From: an uncultured Thermoleophilia bacterium
GTDB taxonomy: Bacteria > Actinomycetota > Thermoleophilia > UBA2241
NCBI GenBank assembly: GCA_963709635.1
Contig: CAVPXA010000025.1
Location: 26,686 to 90,685 of the forward strand
Direction: 5' to 3'
Length of the DNA stretch: 64,000 nt
Shown piece by piece: positions 24,307-28,308 of this stretch; within the stretch, counting starts at the first letter, position 1, and each line of letters starts with the position of its first letter. A program made the translations under genes and the position numbers. The notes beneath the pieces are model-generated. The model was given only the letters and a program-made list of their open reading frames with translations. It was not told where the DNA came from and searched no databases.

Positions 24307-25971
24307 TCACCGCGCCTTGGGCGTCGCCGAAGTCGGCCCGGCGATGGTCACAAGGCTCTCGATCGTGCCCGCGGTGGGAGTCGAGAGGCGATCGAGGGAT
24401 GGACATCGATGCGAACGTCGCGGCCACCGAGTGCGGGGCGATGACTTGACGAAGGTCCAGGAGGCTGCGGCGTCTGAGCGACGCCGTCGGCCGTGAGCGA
24501 GGCGATGTGATAGCCGGGGTGAGGGGTGATGGCGTAGGTCGGGCTGGAGCCGTACATGACGGGACCGCTGCCGGGAGTGATGGTGCCATTGGCGCCTGCT
24601 GTGACCGTGATGGCGACAGGTGGCGGGGAGGCTGGGACGAAGATGTACACCGAGCCCTGATCGACATTGGCGCCGACATCGTCGAAGTAGGCTCCCGCGA
24701 CGGCCGTCTCGCCGGAGATGGGCGACCGAGTAGCCGAAGCAGTCTTCGGCGGCGCCGTCGCGGCGATCAACTTCGCCTGCTGGCTCCAGGACGGTGCCGC
24801 TGCGCGCGAAGACGTAGGCCGAGCCTTGCTCGACGTTGCCGCCGACATCGTCGAAGACGGCGCCGACGAGGGCGGTGTCGCCGGAGATCGCGACAGAGCA
24901 TGCCGAACTGGTCGTAGGCGGCGCCGTCGGCGGCGGTAAGCTTCGCCTGCTGGCTCCAGGTGGTGCCGCTGCGCGTGAAGACGTAGGCGGAGCCTTGGTC
25001 TGCGTTGGTGCCGACGTCGTCGCCGAGCGGCCCCCACGAGGGCGGTGTCGCCGGAGAGGGCGACCGAGCATGCCGAAGTAGTCGCAGGCGGCGCCGTCGG
25101 CGGCGGTGAGCTTGGCCTGCTGGCTCCAGGTGGTGCCGCTGCGCGTGAAGACGTAGGCCGAGCCCTGGTCGGCGTTGGCGCCGACGCGTCGTGCTGGTAG
25201 GCCCCCACCACGGCGGTGTCGCCGGAGAGTGCGACCGAGTAGCCGAAGTAGTCGCTGGCGGCGCCGTCGGCGGCGGTGAGCTTGGCCTGCTGGCTCCAGG
25301 TGGTGCCGCTGCGCATGAAGACGTAGGCGGAGCCTTGGTCTGCGTTGGCGCCGACGTCGTGTCCATGAGGCGCCCACCACGGCGGTGTCGCCGGAGAGGG
25401 CGACCGAGTAGCCGAAGTAGTCGTCGGCGGCGCCGTCGGCGGCGGTGAGCTTCGGCCTGCTGGCTCCAGGTGGTGCCGCTGCGCACGAAGACGTAGGCGG
25501 AGCCCTGGTTGGCGTTGGCTGCCGACGTCGTCGCGATAGGCGCCCACCACGGCGGTGTCGCCGGCGATGGCGACCGAGCAGCCGAAGTAGTCGTCGTCGG
25601 CGCCGTCGGTGGCGGTCAGCTTGCGCCTGCTGGCGTCCAGGTGGTGCCGCTGCGCGTGAAGACGTAGGCCGAGCCTTGGTCGGTAGTTGGCGCAGATGTC
25701 GGCGCCGGCGGCGCCCACCACGGCGGTGTCGCCGGAGATGGCGACCGAGCAGCCGAAGTAGTCGTGCGCGGCGCCGTCGCCGGCGGTCAGCTGGGCCTGC
25801 TGCACGGCCAGCAGGGCCGCAGCGACTGCATCGGATCGAATGGCCGGTCGTGGGAGCGGCTTGTGCCGCACCGGCCGCGACAAGGGCGCCAACGCCGAGA
25901 CAGAGGACGAGCGTCAGAAGCGACAGGGCGTGAAGCGCCGGTCGGAACCACGTGGTGGATCGAGAATCCAT
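24307..25971 (-). CDS. secreted FG-GAP (integrin-alpha-like) tandem-repeat protein with a C-terminal InlB B-repeat-like domain (frame scrambled across repeats)
   Basis: ATG at 25971 begins a signal peptide ([38 protein letters not shown]). Roughly 7 copies of a ~60-aa unit ([28 protein letters not shown]...[17 protein letters not shown]) alternate between frames. The tail reads [45 protein letters not shown]. Confidence 0.6.
   Translation of the reverse strand: MDSRSTTWFRPALHALSLLTLVLCLGVGALVAAGAAQAAPTTGHSIRCSRCGPAGRAAGPADRRRRRRARLLRLLGRHLRRHRRGGRRRRRHLRQLPTKARPTSSRAAAPPGRQQAQADRHRRRRRRLLRLLGRHRRRHRRGGRLSRRRRQPTPTRAPPTSSCAAAPPGASRPKLTAADGAADDYFGYSVALSGDTAVVGASWTRRRRQRRPRLRLRLHAQRHHLEPAGQAHRRRRRRQRLLRLLGRTLRRHRRGGGLPARRVGANADQGSAYVFTRSGTTWSQQAKLTAADGAACDYFGMLGRPLRRHRPRGGRSATTSAPTQTKAPPTSSRAAAPPGASRRSLPPPTAPPTTSSACSVAISGDTALVGAVFDDVGGNVEQGSAYVFARSGTVLEPAGEVDRRDGAAEDCFGYSVAHLRRDGRRGSLLRRCRRQCRSGLGVHLRPSLPATCRHHGHSRRQWHHHSRQRSRHVRLQPDLRHHPSPRLSHRLAHGRRRRSDAAASWTFVKSSPRTRWPRRSHRCPSLDRLSTPTAGTIESLVTIAGPTSATPKAR
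24700..25790. repeat. tandem array of ~180-bp near-identical units (FG-GAP repeat coding region)
   Basis: The unit ...gtagtcg.cggcgccgtcggcggcggtgagctt.gcctgctggctccaggtggtgccgctgcgc.tgaagacgtaggc.gagcc.tggt... recurs about 6-7 times with few substitutions. Confidence 0.7.
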
Positions 25972-26120
25972 GACCCCCCCTCGGTGGACGCCTCCAGCAT
26001 ACACCCCCGCAAACGGTCCGGGAGCGTGCACGGACGGACGCGGGCAGGGAGGGCCTGAGAATCAAAGGCCTCCCTTTGCAGGGGAATCCAAGGTTGCTGA
26101 GGACGGCTGCGGGAGCCTGA

Positions 26121-26202
26121 GGAGCCGGTCCGCGGTCTTCAAAAACGTCTGCGGGGCAGTGATCCTGTCCTGGGTGGGTTCGACTCCCATGTCGCTCCGC
26201 CA
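26121..26202 (+). pseudogene. degenerate second copy of tRNA-Sec lacking the D-stem (pseudo-selC; candidate attR-like repeat)
   Basis: Positions 26132-26202 match selC 23961-24031 (71 nt) with 3 substitutions. The 5' end keeps GGAGC, but both D-stem strands are precisely absent. A single-substitution A-A mismatch in the anticodon stem (aacgt vs accgt). Confidence 0.6.
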
Positions 26203-26416
26203 TCTTCTTCTCTCCCGGACCCTGGACTCCCCTCCTGGAGCTCCCGCTTGGGCTGCCACCGTACGCGGCGCGGCTCCGGGACGGGTCTGAGCCGTGCGCC
26301 GGAGCCGGTCACTGTGAAGGTACCCCCGCGCCGGTGAGTCCAGTCGTCTGACGGTCGCCGGCTGGGCCGTCGCCCCGGGGGCGCCCAGCGGCCTCCGCGG
26401 GCGGTAGGATTGCCCC

Positions 26417-27649
26417 GTGGAGGAGCGCCCCACCATCTACGAGTCGGCGGCGCGGCGCCGGTCGCGCACGCGCCGCGTGCTGGCCGTCGCGGGCGCCGCC
26501 GCGGCGCTGGTCGCCGCACTCGGAGTGGCCGCCGCGTGGACGCTGCGCGACGGCTCGGCGGGCGGCGCGGCCGCCGCTCCGGCGTCGTCTCCGGCCACCC
26601 CGGCGCCGTCGTCCAGTGCGCCGGCCGTGCGGCTCGCTCGCGTCGCCGCCATGGAGGTCCACCGGGGCGAGACGGCGACGTTCAGGTACCGGCTGGCCGA
26701 AGGGCCGCCGGGGACGCCGGTCACGCTCGTCGTGACGAGCGCCGCCGGCGAGCAGGTCAAGGCCCGGCGGCTCGAGGACGCTGAGCCCGGGCGCTGGGTC
26801 TCGGCGGCCGTGCCGCTCGACCTGGAGCCCGGCCGCTACACGTACACACTTCGCCCGGGAGACGGCGCCGCCTCGGAGGGGGCCGTCACGGGTGCGGCTT
26901 CGGCCGAGCTCCACGTGCTCAAGCCGCTGCCGCCGGCGTTTCCCGGCAAGAAGGCCGTCGCCGCCGCCGCCGAGTGGATCGCCGGCCGCGACGGAGAGGT
27001 GGCCTTCGCCGTCGTCGACAGCAACGGCCGGGACGCCGGCGGCTACCGCGAGCACGAGCTCTTCCAGCTCGCGAGTCTCTCCAAGGCGATCCTGCTCGCG
27101 GCCTCACTGCGCGACGACCCCAGTCCGGACGCCGCGAGCGAGGCGACACTGCGCGCGATGATCACCGAGTCGGACAACGGCGCCGCCTACACCGTCTTCG
27201 GGCGCGTCGGCGCCAAGGGCATGAAGGCCGTCGCCAAGGCGGCCGGCATGGCCGACTACGAGCAGGGCGCCGGCTGGGTGGACACGCGCGCCTCCGCCGC
27301 GGACCAGGCGCGCCTCTTCTCCCGCTACGAGTCGCTGGTGCCGGCCGAGGCCCGCGCCCTCGCACGCGAGCTGCTCTCCGGCATCACGCCGATGCAGCGC
27401 TGGGGCATCCCCGCGGCGGCCGGCCCCGAGGGCTGGCGGACGTACTTCAAGGGCGGCTGGCTCGGCATGGACAACAGGCTCATGGTCCAGGCCGCCCGGC
27501 TCGAGAAGGGCAAGAAGTCGTGGGCGCTGGCGGTGATGAGCGACGAGAACCCCACGCGCTCCACCGGCTGGGACACGCAGAAGGGCGTCACCGGGCTGTT
27601 GCTCGGGAAGGAGCCGTCGCCGGCGTACCTGGCCGTCGTGCTCGAGTAG
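26417..27649 (+). CDS. membrane-anchored class-A beta-lactamase-like serine hydrolase
   Basis: GTG start, an N-terminal TM segment, then SLSK (S-x-x-K), SDN and KGG-like boxes typical of class A beta-lactamase/PBP-like folds. Confidence 0.7.
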   Translation: MEERPTIYESAARRRSRTRRVLAVAGAAAALVAALGVAAAWTLRDGSAGGAAAAPASSPATPAPSSSAPAVRLARVAAMEVHRGETATFRYRLAEGPPGTPVTLVVTSAAGEQVKARRLEDAEPGRWVSAAVPLDLEPGRYTYTLRPGDGAASEGAVTGAASAELHVLKPLPPAFPGKKAVAAAAEWIAGRDGEVAFAVVDSNGRDAGGYREHELFQLASLSKAILLAASLRDDPSPDAASEATLRAMITESDNGAAYTVFGRVGAKGMKAVAKAAGMADYEQGAGWVDTRASAADQARLFSRYESLVPAEARALARELLSGITPMQRWGIPAAAGPEGWRTYFKGGWLGMDNRLMVQAARLEKGKKSWALAVMSDENPTRSTGWDTQKGVTGLLLGKEPSPAYLAVVLE

Positions 27650-27667
27650 GCGTGCGCCCCCCCCGCG

Positions 27668-28168
27668 TCAGTCCTCCGGGTAGCCGATCTCCTCGACGGT
27701 GAGGTCGATGTTGCCGGCCGGCCGGCGCCAGAGGACCTTCTTGCCGACCCGCGCGTCGACGAGGGCCTCGGCGAGCGGCGAGACGTAGCTGATCTTGCCC
27801 TGCCTCAGGTCGGCCTCGTCCTCGCCCACGATGGTGAAGGTCTGGAGCTTGCCGCCGTCCTGGCTCACGGTGACGGCGGCTCCGAACGCCACCTTGCGGC
27901 GCGGCTGGCGGCCCAGGTCCACGAGGATCGCGCTCTCGAGCCGCGCCGTGAAGTACCGCAGGTCGCGGTCGATGTAGACGAGCGCGCCTTCGGGGTCGTC
28001 GTCCTGCTCGAGCAGTTCGAGGCGCCGGGTCTCGAGCGCGCCGACCTTCTCCTCCAGCTGCGCGAGGCCGGCCGGTGTGACGTAGTTGGGGTGCTCGCTG
28101 ACCTGCCGCTCGGGCAGTTGCTCCGCGGGCGCTCCCTCGTCAGGCTCTTTGACGAACGCTCTGCTCAT
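27668..28168 (-). CDS. GreA/GreB-family transcription elongation factor
   Basis: Intact 166-aa ORF with a GreA-like coiled-coil N-domain and C-terminal FKBP-like domain (IVGEDEADLRQGKISYVSPLAEAL). Confidence 0.8.
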   Translation of the reverse strand: MSRAFVKEPDEGAPAEQLPERQVSEHPNYVTPAGLAQLEEKVGALETRRLELLEQDDDPEGALVYIDRDLRYFTARLESAILVDLGRQPRRKVAFGAAVTVSQDGGKLQTFTIVGEDEADLRQGKISYVSPLAEALVDARVGKKVLWRRPAGNIDLTVEEIGYPED

Positions 28169-28308
28169 GGGGTACTCCGGTCGGGAGAGAGGTGGTCACT
28201 CCGTAGTGTTCCCTTCGACACACGTGTCCGCACTCCCTCACGATAGGGTACACAGGAGACGACACGTGGCCGGAGCTCCGAATCCGGCCCTCGCGACGGA
28301 GGGTGACC

